Assembly (NCBI GenBank): GCA_904063045.1
Contig: CAJFCJ010000005.1
Location: 1,007,988-1,071,987, forward strand
Direction of reading: 5' to 3'
DNA from: Dimorphilus gyrociliatus
Taxonomy: Eukaryota; Animalia; Annelida
Length of the DNA stretch: 64,000 nucleotides
A model generated the notes under the pieces. The model was given only the letters and a program-made list of their open reading frames with translations. It did no database searches and was not told the DNA's origin. This document shows, one piece after another, positions 52,986-64,000 of the stretch. The position numbers and the translations under genes are program-made. Positions within the stretch are counted from its first letter, which is position 1, and each line of letters starts with the position of its first letter.

Positions 52986-55569
52986 ATGGAAGCACCCAGC
53001 TTACAGGTAACGAACGTTTCTATGGAGTTAAACTTATTTGAAAATTGCGATATTCTTAAAGGGATTTTAACTGAAAATTCGAATTTAACCCACTTTCAGA
53101 CTAAAGAGTTGTGCCGGCATTGCGGTTCTGAAGTCGTAGAATTTAAAAATCATCGTTTTAAGGACGAATCACTATTCAAGTTATGTTCTTCACCAATATG
53201 CGTTGCTGATGCATTTGATGACAGTTGGGCGGGTAATTTGCCATACGGAAACGATCAGCCAATTTTGGTACCTTTACCGATAAAACCATCTGTACCGTCT
53301 CAAAACAATGACTATCAAGATATTCTAGACGAGATGAATGGGTGTGTCACAGTTCCTCACCAAACAGAAAATACTTCAGACCTTTTACCGGTTGAGTCCA
53401 ACTTTGTTCCAATAAAAACTACTGAAAATTGTAAACTAAGTGAAGATTCTTCAGGAATAGATGTTCAATCTTGCTCTTCTTCTAATTCTGATAATAAAAT
53501 GAAGATGTCTAGTCAAAATGTATTTTTGAAGTTAAAAAATGAATTACCGGACAAATCTCAACTTGAAAAGAGATTCAAAGACGTGCAAAAATGGCCTCAT
53601 TGGAAAAATGAACATAATCTGTGCTGGTTAGACGTTTTACTCACAATTTTCGTCCATAATTCAGTTTTAAGAAGGCTTCTAAGGATGGAGGAGAATCATA
53701 GGACCACTTTACACCAATTAATAGCTACTTACGATGATATGATACTGCTATTGAATCCGCATTTAAGAAGAGTTTCGCCCGAAAGTGATATTGAGGGAAG
53801 ATATGAATTAGATAGTTCTTCGGTTGAGGATGTAGTGGAACAACATATGAATAATATTCGTTTCACAGTTCTTGACTCCTTAATACCTGATTTACGAAAT
53901 TATAAAATTGGTAATGCTGAAAGTCCAGTGAATGCCTTAAAACTACTCATGAAAAATTCTGCTAATATACGGCAATTTCTACAAGTTGAATTCACAAACA
54001 CAACTGTATGTCAAACATGTGGAGCGTCCGATACAACAAATTTAGTTAGAGACTTTGTCACAATACCATCTCCAACTAAAAACCTAAGCTTTAGAGCACC
54101 TACCTACCTTCGAAAGTGTCCTAATATCAAATGCAAAAACTTGGAAGCCCATAGCACTATAAAATGGAAAAATTTACCTCCCTGCTTTGCGTTTCTATTT
54201 CCAAACGGCTATAATCCTGAAAAATCAAGAATTGGCAATATATTGCAGTACCTAAATTTTGAATTTGAGCAGAAAATGTACAAGTTGAGAGCTGTTATTC
54301 AACTTGTTGAGAAGAAATTTAAAGGAGCAGTCAATCATTTTATAACTTGGATCAGGGATTACGAATGTAAGTATAATCTTGATTTTTTCGACTAGTAGTT
54401 TTTCCTAAATATTAGTCTATCTAAGTAACATGACGTCATAATGCAGAATATGCAAATACATGTGTAGGTAAAAATGTTTTAATGAACGAGTATTGAAAAC
54501 TAAGGTATGAGATTGTGTTTTATGACTAATTTGAGAACGTCACTGAGATCAAAGAATGTTATAATAGGCTTGTTTTTCGCTGTTCTTTCAGCAAGGACGA
54601 TTTAAAGGCTGACGGAGACAGATATCTGTCCTGCAGTCCTCAGCCTGAAGACGAATTCTGTTTAGAACGGTACGTTGTGATTGTTTTGCAAAAAGTGATA
54701 GTTCAATTCAAAATTCCTAAAATGCCTTTTTTTTAAATCTGTCTACTAAATGGAATATGAGGAAATTTGAATCGGACCTGATAAAAAGTAACATTAAGAA
54801 TTAAGCAACGATACCCTTTTTTCTCGCTGGTATCTGGGAAGAAAGAATTTACCAAACTTGGGGATTTCGATATAGTTGTACTCTCTTCTGAAATAACCTT
54901 TTTTGTTCTTCAGGTGGCCACTGGATGCGATGCGATGATTTATCGAATGCTGAACTACGTTTCCAGAAAAATACACCTCTGATCTATTCCACTGAAATTT
55001 CCATGCTATTTTTTGAAATTTCCGATGAAGATCCTGTAAACCTTAAACCTAGAGTGACCACACCAGTACGTACCAAACAAGCTCATGCAGCTATTCCGAA
55101 TCCTATTCAGCACAACTCTAATGGAAAATCAAAATTTGACTTCAGTTCTCTAAGTAGTTTTCCATCATATCAGAGAAAAATATCGCATTCATCACTTTCA
55201 TCCCCCGTTTCTGAACCTTCGGGAAGACGAAGGAAGCGAACGAGGGATAGCCTTAGTGTAACAAATGGGGTGACAGTGAATCTTATTCCTATATGTAAAA
55301 AGCCCAAAAAGTCGGTTAAAGAGACTCTAATTCCCGTAAGCGAAAACACTACGTCAAAAGTTGAACAGGTGCCATCCGAAATTAAGGAAGATGCAAGTGT
55401 CAATGCAGTGGATGAATCAGAATGTAAGAAAACAGAAGACAATGGAATGAGCGAACATGATATTACAAGAATAATTGATCCTTTGCTCCCAAACAACTTG
55501 AGTACTGATTATGATTTAATGAGAGCATTGAATGACGATATTCTATCGGGATTTCTAACTGAAACTTAA
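52986..55569 (+). CDS. USPL1: SUMO-specific isopeptidase USPL1 (peptidase C98), ~678 aa
   Basis: Exons 52986-54366 and 54914-55569 (phase 1). Catalytic motifs WKNEHNLCWLD (Cys codon 53622), NHFITW (His codon 54336) and WMRCDDL. Zn-finger pairs CQTC and CPNIKC. Confidence 0.88.
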
Positions 55570-56048
55570 TTTCGTTTATTGCAGTATTTATTTTTGTTAC
55601 TGAAAGCTTTAAGATTTCTATTGAATAAAATGGTTTTTAAAACTATCGTATATATTGTATTATTTTTATACTGCTGAATATATAAAAATTTGCCGTCTTT
55701 TTTCAACTTTTCTGCCCGCTGCCTCCTTTCCCGGATAATGAATTCATCACTGCCAACAGTCGAAGCGTCTTTCCACAATCATATCGTCCTAGAAAAATAT
55801 AGTAAGCGTTAACTCGCTGAGATAAGCATTAGCCCTTTTTGTCTGTACATTTACATATCAAGTTTCCTCTCTGAAAAACAAAAAAATCTCCAAAAAATAA
55901 CTGGAGCGTTGTTTAGTCAAAAGTTAGACGCAGCTCGTCGAGTAGCCCGACTCTAGTGTGAGTAGCTATTCTTGAGGGTCTTTAAATCTGTATTAAATAT
56001 TTAATACGATTGTTTTTTTTTTGCAGAGCTTATATATCACGTAATTTT

Positions 56049-59000
56049 ATGGATACCGTAGTCGCTGTTGGATTTCTCTTCTATTCCTTTTTAATACAAT
56101 CAGAAGCCGCTTGTAAGTTCTATAAGTGTTAGGAGGAAGGATGAATTTATTCCTGCTTGCATATTCGCAACTTTCTTATATAAAATTTTATATTAGATGT
56201 TAGCTCATCGTGTAAAAAACCATATTTCCCGTGCAAGAACTCAACTTCCGGTTCAAAGGTATGAAAAGTTAATTAAAATAGAAAAATGCAAATATTAGGA
56301 AATACTTTATGTACTGTATATGATTTTACATTCCTCAATGATCAATCAAGTACTGTCTTCACCAATTTTTCTGGTGCGATGGAAAAACTCACTGCATTGA
56401 TAATGCTGATGAAAAACGAGATCTGTGTGAAAGTAAGTTTACTATAATATGTTTTTTATTTGTATTTTTTATTATTTTTGTTTTTTTTTATACAAATCAC
56501 TAAGATATCTTACTTTTCGACGTACAGATGTTTATAGTTCGAAATCTCGAGCTCTGTCTAAAAATGTTAATTTCAAACTAGCCGCAAATTTCAACAATCG
56601 AAGAAATCTTTTTAGTTTCTTTCACAGTTGCAGTAAGTTGAAAAAATGTTTCTTTTTTTTCATCTTCTCTTTAATCTTTTAAAAATGTACGACGAATAGA
56701 ATTGAAGGTTTTACCTTCAAAGGGTCTTTGCAATTGTTATAGTAAGACGAAAATGATATGCGATGGAATGAATACTACTCTAGTTGGCGATGAATTCGAT
56801 AGAGATACAACAAAAATGTAAACGAAATCATATATAATAATAATTTCCCAAGAATAAATCAATGCTACTTTGTTTTTAAGTGTTATTCAAAATCCGAATA
56901 TAGAGCATTTGGATTTTAATTGGTGTCGGTTAAATATCTCCTATAAGAGCTTAACAGTTTTGTAAGTATGTTTTTTTTTAACGTTTCTTCCTATAAAACC
57001 AATCATTTTTTTGAGTAGATCTTTGAAGAATGTCAATCGATTAACCTTCAAGGAGTATTGTTTGTACAGGACGCTTCCAAATCTTAAATCAATGTAGGAA
57101 TATTTATAATTAAATGTGTGTAATAGGATCCTTATAAATATTGATTACATCGAAATCAGATTCATTAAGAACAGCGGATTTATGAGTATACGAAATGGAA
57201 CCTTTAGAAATCTCTACCACTTAATCAGGATGTAAGTAGGCAATTTTGAAGGGTTAATCAAACGACCGTCTCTTCCGTTTCAAACAGATTTGCGAATGAT
57301 AATAAGATATCGCTTTTGGACAAAGACGCTTTTTCCAACCTAATAAATCTTACTTGGATGTAGGAATTATAAAACAAAAAATCTCTTAAACGTTCTATTC
57401 TATTTTTAACTATTTAACATCTTTATTCATTTTGTTTAGACAAATGAATGGAAACGAACTAATCCTAAGCGAACCTTTCCCAGAAAGTTTGTCATTAACA
57501 ACGCTGTAAGAGAGTATCAATTCGTAATTCAACAATTGCATTTTCCCGCGTTATTATTTATAGATTTCTTCGAAACAATAGAATTACTAGGATATCATCA
57601 ACTACTTTTGCAAAAGTTCCCTCATTAACTTGGCTGTAAGTAAACTGTTGGTTAATAAATCAATGGAAGTAGTACAATCTATATCTTCGCCTTATATCAT
57701 TCTATTTAGTGACTTAAATGGTAATCTTATTAAGACAATAGAGAGAAGTTCTTTCGTTAATTTAAGACGGATTGAAATTATGTAAGTATACTTATATATA
57801 AAATTTATTACAAGAGGAAGGAAGGAAGCAAGCAAGGGAGAGAGAGACAGGAAGAATAAGATGATGAATGAGAGGAAGAAGAAAAAAAATGACTACTATT
57901 TTTTTCTTATCTTCTTTTCAGTGACTTATCAAAGAATTGTCTGAGAAAATTAAAATCGGAATATTTTATCGGCAAAAACCAAACAAGTATCGTCACTCAA
58001 TTTTCCATTGCGCACAATCCTTTAACACTGAGAAGAGGAGACGATTTCCTTAAAGGAATGAAACGATTAGAGACGCTGTAAGTCATTTGACATATATGAT
58101 TTACGTAGCTGCTTTTATCATTTTCATTCTTTGACATTTGTCCATTTTAGTAATCTCTCAGGAGTTGAGATAAACAGCATTAATCTCAGCGAAAACAAAC
58201 GTTTAAGACACGTCTATTTCAAAAAGTTTTCCTACTGTCAGTTTGCCCCTGAAGTTCAAGTTTGTCAGCCGAAAACCGACGGTCTATCGAGTGACAAGCA
58301 GTTAATTGATAATTTGAATCTACGTTATTTCGTATGGGTTATATCGATTCTGACAGTAATAAGTAACCTATTCGTCATGGCTTACAGAGTTGGCAGAGAG
58401 GATAGAAATTTTCATTCCATCTTTATATTTAATCTAAGTGGTAGATATTGTTGCTAGGCGTCTGCCTGAAAAAATTCAATTCTGATTTCTAATGATCACA
58501 TACAGCTGCCGATCTGATGGTTGGCTTGTATCTTTTAATGATAGCATCAAGAGATGTCATGTATAGAGATAAGTTTATTCATAGTATGCATCAGTGGGTT
58601 TACAGCAACTGGTGCCAAATTACGGGTTTCATAGCTATGGTATAAATTAAATAAATTTATAAAAAAAATAATCAATAAAAAGCATCTTTAACGCAATTTT
58701 TAAGCTGGGAAGCGAATCTTCTGTCATAATTTTGGCATTTATGTCCATTGAGAGATTTCTTACGATCTCTTACCCTTATAAGAAGTTCGTACGGACAAAG
58801 ATGCGAGCTCTTTTGTGCATGACTGTAATCTGGGTTATAGGAATAATTCTTTCAGCTATTCCCCTTTTTGTGTATGGTCGTTATTTCTACGGACAAAATG
58901 CGGTAATTATAGTATTTTACGTACTTATCCAACATAAATAGACTCGTACTGAATGATTATAGACACTATGCATAAATATCTTCTCTAAGACAAGTAAAAA

Positions 59001-59746
59001 GACTACCTCCCGCCGTTTTTATACTTTTTATTTCCAGGTTTGTCTTCCTTTGCATATTCATGATACGTTTATGACTGGATGGGAGTTTTCGGCCCTTGTT
59101 TTCATTGGAATAAATTTTGTAGCGTTCATGCTTATCGCTTCAACCTACTCAGCCATGTTTATCAATATTAGAAATACTAGAAAAGCTTCGGCCCAACCAA
59201 ACTCGGAAAAAAGTTTTGCAATTCGATTTTTCTTTATTGTTCTTACTGATGCTTGCTGCTGGATCCCTATTATCGTTCTGAAAATTCTTGCTTTCTGCGA
59301 TATCTTGATTGATCGTTGGTATTTGTGAGTTTAGTAATTTTACAAAAGCTGAGCTTTTCTTTTACATTTAGAGAGAGTTTATGGGTGGTTATCTATCTTA
59401 GTTCTTCCGATTAACAGTCTTATAAACCCACTGCTGTATAGTTTATCAACACCTGTATTTATTCGGCGGGCTGGAGATGTATCAAGATATCATTGGAGAA
59501 GAATTGTTCCTAAATCGCTCTCTCGTGAGTCGTTCAGAAATGAATTTGTGTTTATTAAATTGACAAATGAAATATCTCCTTATATCAGTTTCCCAGCCAC
59601 GGCGTTCGTCTGCTAAGACTTCTGCAATTACAGGAGCGCTTTCGTTAGAGAATAGGAAGAAATCGACAATAATACATTGTTCAAAACTCAATCAAACATC
59701 GAAGGGAAATGGAGATTGCAGGGAAGATGCTTCAGATTGTGTTTAG
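56049..59746 (+). CDS. Relaxin/INSL-type LGR receptor (type C1): signal peptide, one LDLa, LRRs, 7TM
   Basis: Signal peptide MDTVVAVGFLFYSFLIQSEA. LDLa CKKPYFPC...CLHQFFWCDGKTHCIDNADE. Multiple ~70-75 nt LRR exons. Hinge CQPKTDGLSS. TM motifs MSIERF, YGQNAVCLPLH, FFFIVLTDACCWIP, LPINSLINPLLY. A last intron 59526-59588 leads to the stop at 59746. Confidence 0.88.
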
Positions 59747-60085
59747 TCATTAATTAACTATTAAAATATTAATTATAAATAAGTTATCAACCCCTTTAAC
59801 CCGGAAACAATTTTCCATTTTTCTCTTATTCATTACTATTGTTCTTCCCCTTCTTTTGTTATCGCGTTTACGTAATAATCTTCAATAGTTTATCCCGGTA
59901 TCGCCATTAAATGTTCAGTTCAATCGGGATAGGCCTAATATTTATTGTTCTAACTGTGCTCATTAAGCGTTTGACAATCGCGTTTAACCAAACGACGTCA
60001 ACGGATATCAACGTTCGGTAGGCCGTTTATAGTTTAGTGGTGACATAAATGGGACACCAAATCGAAAGAGTACCTTAGTTTTAAT

Positions 60086-60787
60086 ATGTCTTTCGACGAC
60101 TTCTCATCATCTTACGAGCCTTCGATCCCATGGTTATGGATCAATTCCGGATTGTCCAACGATGTTATAATGGAGCAGCTAATTCCTGATATACAATTAC
60201 CTTGGGTACCACCACCGGTTATACCATGTCCAACTGGCCCAAAGAGTTCTTGTTCTCAAGCAGCAGAATACGAAATTAAAAAAGAGCCGAGTAACCAATT
60301 GAAAAATGCCTTATCTGATTTACAAAAAGCGGAGAGAGAATGTGAAATATTAGAACAAGAGTTTGAAACTGTTAAATCAAAGATAAAGAGAAGGAAGCCG
60401 GGACCAAGAGCTGGTGCGCGTAATATGATGTATAAAAAACCGGAAACATATGTTCAAATTGTCTCAAAAGCCATTCTCTCGAAACCTGAACGAAGAGCGT
60501 CATTAGCAGATATATACGAATATGTAGAATCAACAAAGTCATCAGTAACAGAAATTCCTTGTTCATCGTGGAAAAATACTGTTAGACACACACTAAGTAC
60601 TCATGAATTTTTCATAAGAGTTTCAAAAGCAGAGAACGGCCTTGGTTACGTATGGTCAATTCATCCAGATTGTGTACAAATGTTTGAAAGCGGAAACTTT
60701 GAAGTCCGACAGGCCAGAGTAACAGCTAAAATGAATCCTGTAAAGCAGTATTGTTGTTCGCGAAAACATAAGACTACAAATGTTTAA
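60086..60787 (+). CDS. foxQ2: Single-exon forkhead transcription factor, FoxQ2-like (233 aa)
   Basis: KKPETYVQIVSKAILS...LADIYEYV...SWKNTVRHTLS...NGLGYVWSIHPDC...FESGNF...R.AR. The WxIHPxCxxxFxxGxF..R.AR ending is typical of FoxQ2. Confidence 0.8.
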   Translation: MSFDDFSSSYEPSIPWLWINSGLSNDVIMEQLIPDIQLPWVPPPVIPCPTGPKSSCSQAAEYEIKKEPSNQLKNALSDLQKAERECEILEQEFETVKSKIKRRKPGPRAGARNMMYKKPETYVQIVSKAILSKPERRASLADIYEYVESTKSSVTEIPCSSWKNTVRHTLSTHEFFIRVSKAENGLGYVWSIHPDCVQMFESGNFEVRQARVTAKMNPVKQYCCSRKHKTTNV

Positions 60788-61066
60788 AATTATTTATTTA
60801 CCGTTTAATTTTAAATGTACATGTTTTTTTTTTCAATGGTCGTTAATTTCAATACAAATGAGACCCGCCAAAACTAATTGAGAATTTCCGGTTTTAGACT
60901 GGCAACCTAATCCGCTGCATTAAAAATCATTCATTAGGTCAGCTGGACAGTTAATCGGGTATATTTTTTGAATGTAGATGTGCCTTAACAACTTTCACAA
61001 AGTTGCCGAAATAAGCTTTCTTTGGATAACTATCTGTTTATAAGTATAACTCAAACAAATACGGAT

Positions 61067-62893
61067 ATGAATACGAGATCTAGAATGATAAAAATGGAAT
61101 GTGAAAGTTCATTTGAAGATTTGGGACTTTCAAATAACAAATATGACTCTCAAATTATCGCTCTCATTAATTATTTACAAAAAAAGAAATGTTTTGAATT
61201 CAAAGAAATACCTATTTTGAGAACAAATGGAAAAGCAAAACCACTTGATCAATTACTTATGATAATTCTACAAAGTAAGGAAATTTGGAAACATGTAACA
61301 CAATTTTCAACCGGTTCCCTTCTCTTTGAGCTATTTCTCTCATTCTATAAGGAAGTTGTTAGGGCCAATCCAAATTGTCTGAAATTTGGAAGTATTTTTG
61401 ACCACCAGAGCAGAACATTCTTTCTTTTAAAAGAATCCAAATTTATTGAAGAAATGGTTGAGCTAAAGCAGAGTATAACATCCATATTAGAGTCTGAGAA
61501 CCTTGCAAAGCGGCTCACAAACTGTGACGATTTCGTTATAGTGTTGAATAAACTATTGGGAGACGCCTGTGACCCAGTAACTTATTTTACGCAAACCGAC
61601 TGCGTAAGATGCGGAAGTTATCGGAAACATCACGAATGCAAAGAAAACATGGATTCTGTATCCATTTCGGGAGTCGTAAAAAATTTAGACATGTGTTTGC
61701 CTGTCTATTATGACAATTGCACAAAATGTAATTACTCGGATACCCCGCACTATATAGTATGGCATGAAATTCCTCAGTTTTTAATGGTTTCCTTCAAAGT
61801 TCCATACTCTTTTGAAAGTCATATGAGATTGGATGAAGTGGAGAAGAGTTTGAATTTTGAATTCAATTCAAAATCCTACGTACTCCATAGTATTACTTAC
61901 AAACGGGATAGAGAGGTTGTCGGCAGTTGGATTAAAAGTTTTGACAGTTGTTTTGCATACTTTTTCCTTAATACTTTAATTACATTAAATCTTTTAAATT
62001 CCTTTCAGGTGGACTTTGGTTGGAGACGAAACGATTTCGTTACTCGGGCAAATTGTCAAAATGTAATAATGAAAAGATAAGTTTGAAAAATATAAAGTTA
62101 ATTGTTTTCCAACGAAGTTATAAAGTGATGAAAAATAGTATATCCAATAGACCAGCTTGTTCAAAGCACGAAAGAAAGAATCAAAAGATACTGGAAAAGA
62201 AAAAATTCACTGCTATTTACACAGAGGAAATATATAATTTTCTTCGTTTACGAGAAAGTAAGAAAGCGGATCTTGAAGAAATCTATAATCACTTAAAAAC
62301 TGCAATTTCACGAGGAAGATTGAGGAAAAGAACAGCCTTATCGGTTATGCTTGAGTCGAATAAGTTTTGGAAATTGGAAACGGGTTATTGGACTATTAAA
62401 ACGGAATTCCTTCAAAGGTTCTCGTCAACATTTCGCACAAGCGATGTTAAAATAGAGAAATCGGAAGAGCCTGTGGTAAGATTCTCGAATAAATGATAAT
62501 AACAAATAAAATTAAAAGTAAGCAATGATCCTATAGGATTGTGATAGGAAAAACTGGGCACTGGAAGGAGAAAGCGACCAGGATGAAGCAACTCACGTTA
62601 ATGATTTAGAAGAGCAAGGGCATTTTGAGAAATACGTGGAAATTATTCTAAAAAGCATATTAAGAAATGAAAATCGCTTTACAACGACAAGAGAAATCTT
62701 TTGCAATTTAAATTCTTATTATGGAAATGTACCGCCGTACGGATGCAGACCCCTTGTCCTTCAAATTTTAAAAAAATCAAAATGTTTCGTGTGCAAGAAA
62801 TTTGGTCATTGGAATTTAACGAAGAGTTCTTACAGAGCCGTCAAATCCGGAATATTTGACCTTAGAACATTAGAAATTTTACTTAACAGTTAG
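61067..62893 (+). CDS. Chimeric protein: catalytically dead USPL1-like domain plus two degenerate forkhead-like domains (~567 aa)
   Basis: Exons 61067-61946, 62009-62475, 62537-62893; GT-AG introns of 62 and 61 nt; 1704 nt open frame. The N-part aligns by eye with the window's USPL1 (LDQLL/LDVLL, CVRCG/CQTCG, LNFEFNSKSY/LNFEFEQKMY, SWIKSFD|SGLW/TWIRDYE|CGHW). The C-part has two repeats that align with the window's FoxQ2. Confidence 0.72.
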
Positions 62894-64000
62894 CAGTTAG
62901 CTAATTTATATATATTTATATTTATATCTATATATATAAGATACTAGTGACATCTGTCTACTTGAGTTTAAAATACATTACATAAGTTTTCACCTTTAGG
63001 TCGTACTGTAGACTGTTTAGAAGCAAATGCTGCATTTTTTTTAAAGTTGATTTCTAAGAGCTTAGGGAGAAACTTCAGATTTTGAAACCCTGGGAAAATC
63101 AGTATTAAGTTTACACTCTCTTTAAAACTGAATTAGAAAGTAAAGCGATTTTTTTTATATTGATCGAACCTATCTATTTTGTTTGTACTTTTTCCCTTTT
63201 GATTTAGGAAGACATGCTCTTTGGTTTTTTTTTACTAAGATAAATATCAACAAATGTTATATCGCTAATGAGAAAAAAAAAGTAGTATTTTTTTTTTTAA
63301 AAAGAAAGAAAGAAACAGAAAATAAAAAAAATGTAACAGTTTACTTTAATATACATTTTTTCGTCTGGAAAAAGTTCAATAAATTTGCATTCTTAATGGT
63401 AACGTTTACATACAGCTGCCGAGATATACATAATTTAAATATTTAAACTTTTTATATCGAAAAAGAAAAGGATAAATTAGCTCTTCCATATCCTATGCAT
63501 ACATTCATTAATAATATAGACTAGTCGGAAGATGAGAAAGATGATTTTCTCACGTTGACAAGGTACAAAAAAAAACAACTTTCTACGCAATTGAAACTTA
63601 GATTTTAAGGCGCCAGTTAAACTTTTTTATTTTTTTTATTAGGTCAACCGTATGTTATCAATAATATATGTGCTACTTTCGTAACACATAAAGTGCAAAC
63701 TTAAGTCTTTGAATATATGCGTGCCAGTAAGTTAAAGTGTCCAATAAAGAAGTTTAAAGGTATAATTATCTCGGTCTTGAAAAGACTATTGATATACATT
63801 TTTTTCTTTCTCTCCAAGCTATCGCAATCGTTCAAAGGTTTAGCGAATATTTTAGTGCTTTCGGTGCTATTAATGTTATGATTTTATTGAACATTAATAA
63901 AAATAAGAATAAGAATACAGATTTGACAAATGAAAAGGCTTGTGGGTGGGAGATCACAGCGTGTGGGAGAAGTAAAGGATTAACAGCACTAAGAAACTAA

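Noticed and set aside
55566-55790. Minus-strand ORF or exon-like segment between USPL1 and the LGR gene
   Set aside because: Short, no start or upstream exon found, no recognisable motif; overlaps the probable USPL1 3'UTR.
59482-59691. Minus-strand 69-aa ORF
   Set aside because: Antisense shadow of the last LGR exons.
45079-62893. Clustering of ubiquitin/SUMO genes (RNF8, IAP, USPL1, USPL1-like)
   Set aside because: Apart from the USPL1 duplication there is no shared regulatory evidence; unrelated genes are interleaved, so chance is sufficient.
63740-63990. Possible terminal exons of a minus-strand gene at the window edge
   Set aside because: Splice phases could not be reconciled and no homology was recognised.

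Overview
AT-rich eukaryotic (bilaterian invertebrate, probably spiralian; taxon is inference) genomic DNA with canonical GT-AG introns, many only ~60-70 nt. No prokaryotic features, CRISPR, rRNA or convincing tRNA. I reconstructed about 13 protein-coding genes by manual splicing. In order: DCDC2-like (-, truncated by the window edge); an orphan Ig + Cys-rich type I membrane protein (+) in an ~18 kb non-coding region; an achaete-scute-like bHLH (-); TMC (-); a five-CTLD lectin receptor (+); RNF8 (+); a possible 86-aa secreted protein (+); a BIR-RING IAP (-); an SLC3A heavy chain (-); USPL1 (+); an RXFP/LGR type C receptor (+); a FoxQ2-like gene (+); and a three-exon gene at 61067-62893. That last gene is the main finding. 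It appears to fuse a catalytically dead USPL1 (C98 SUMO-isopeptidase) domain to two degenerate forkhead-like domains, lies next to its two apparent parent genes, and shares an intron at the same position and phase with USPL1. All family assignments are from recalled motifs; no database search was run.
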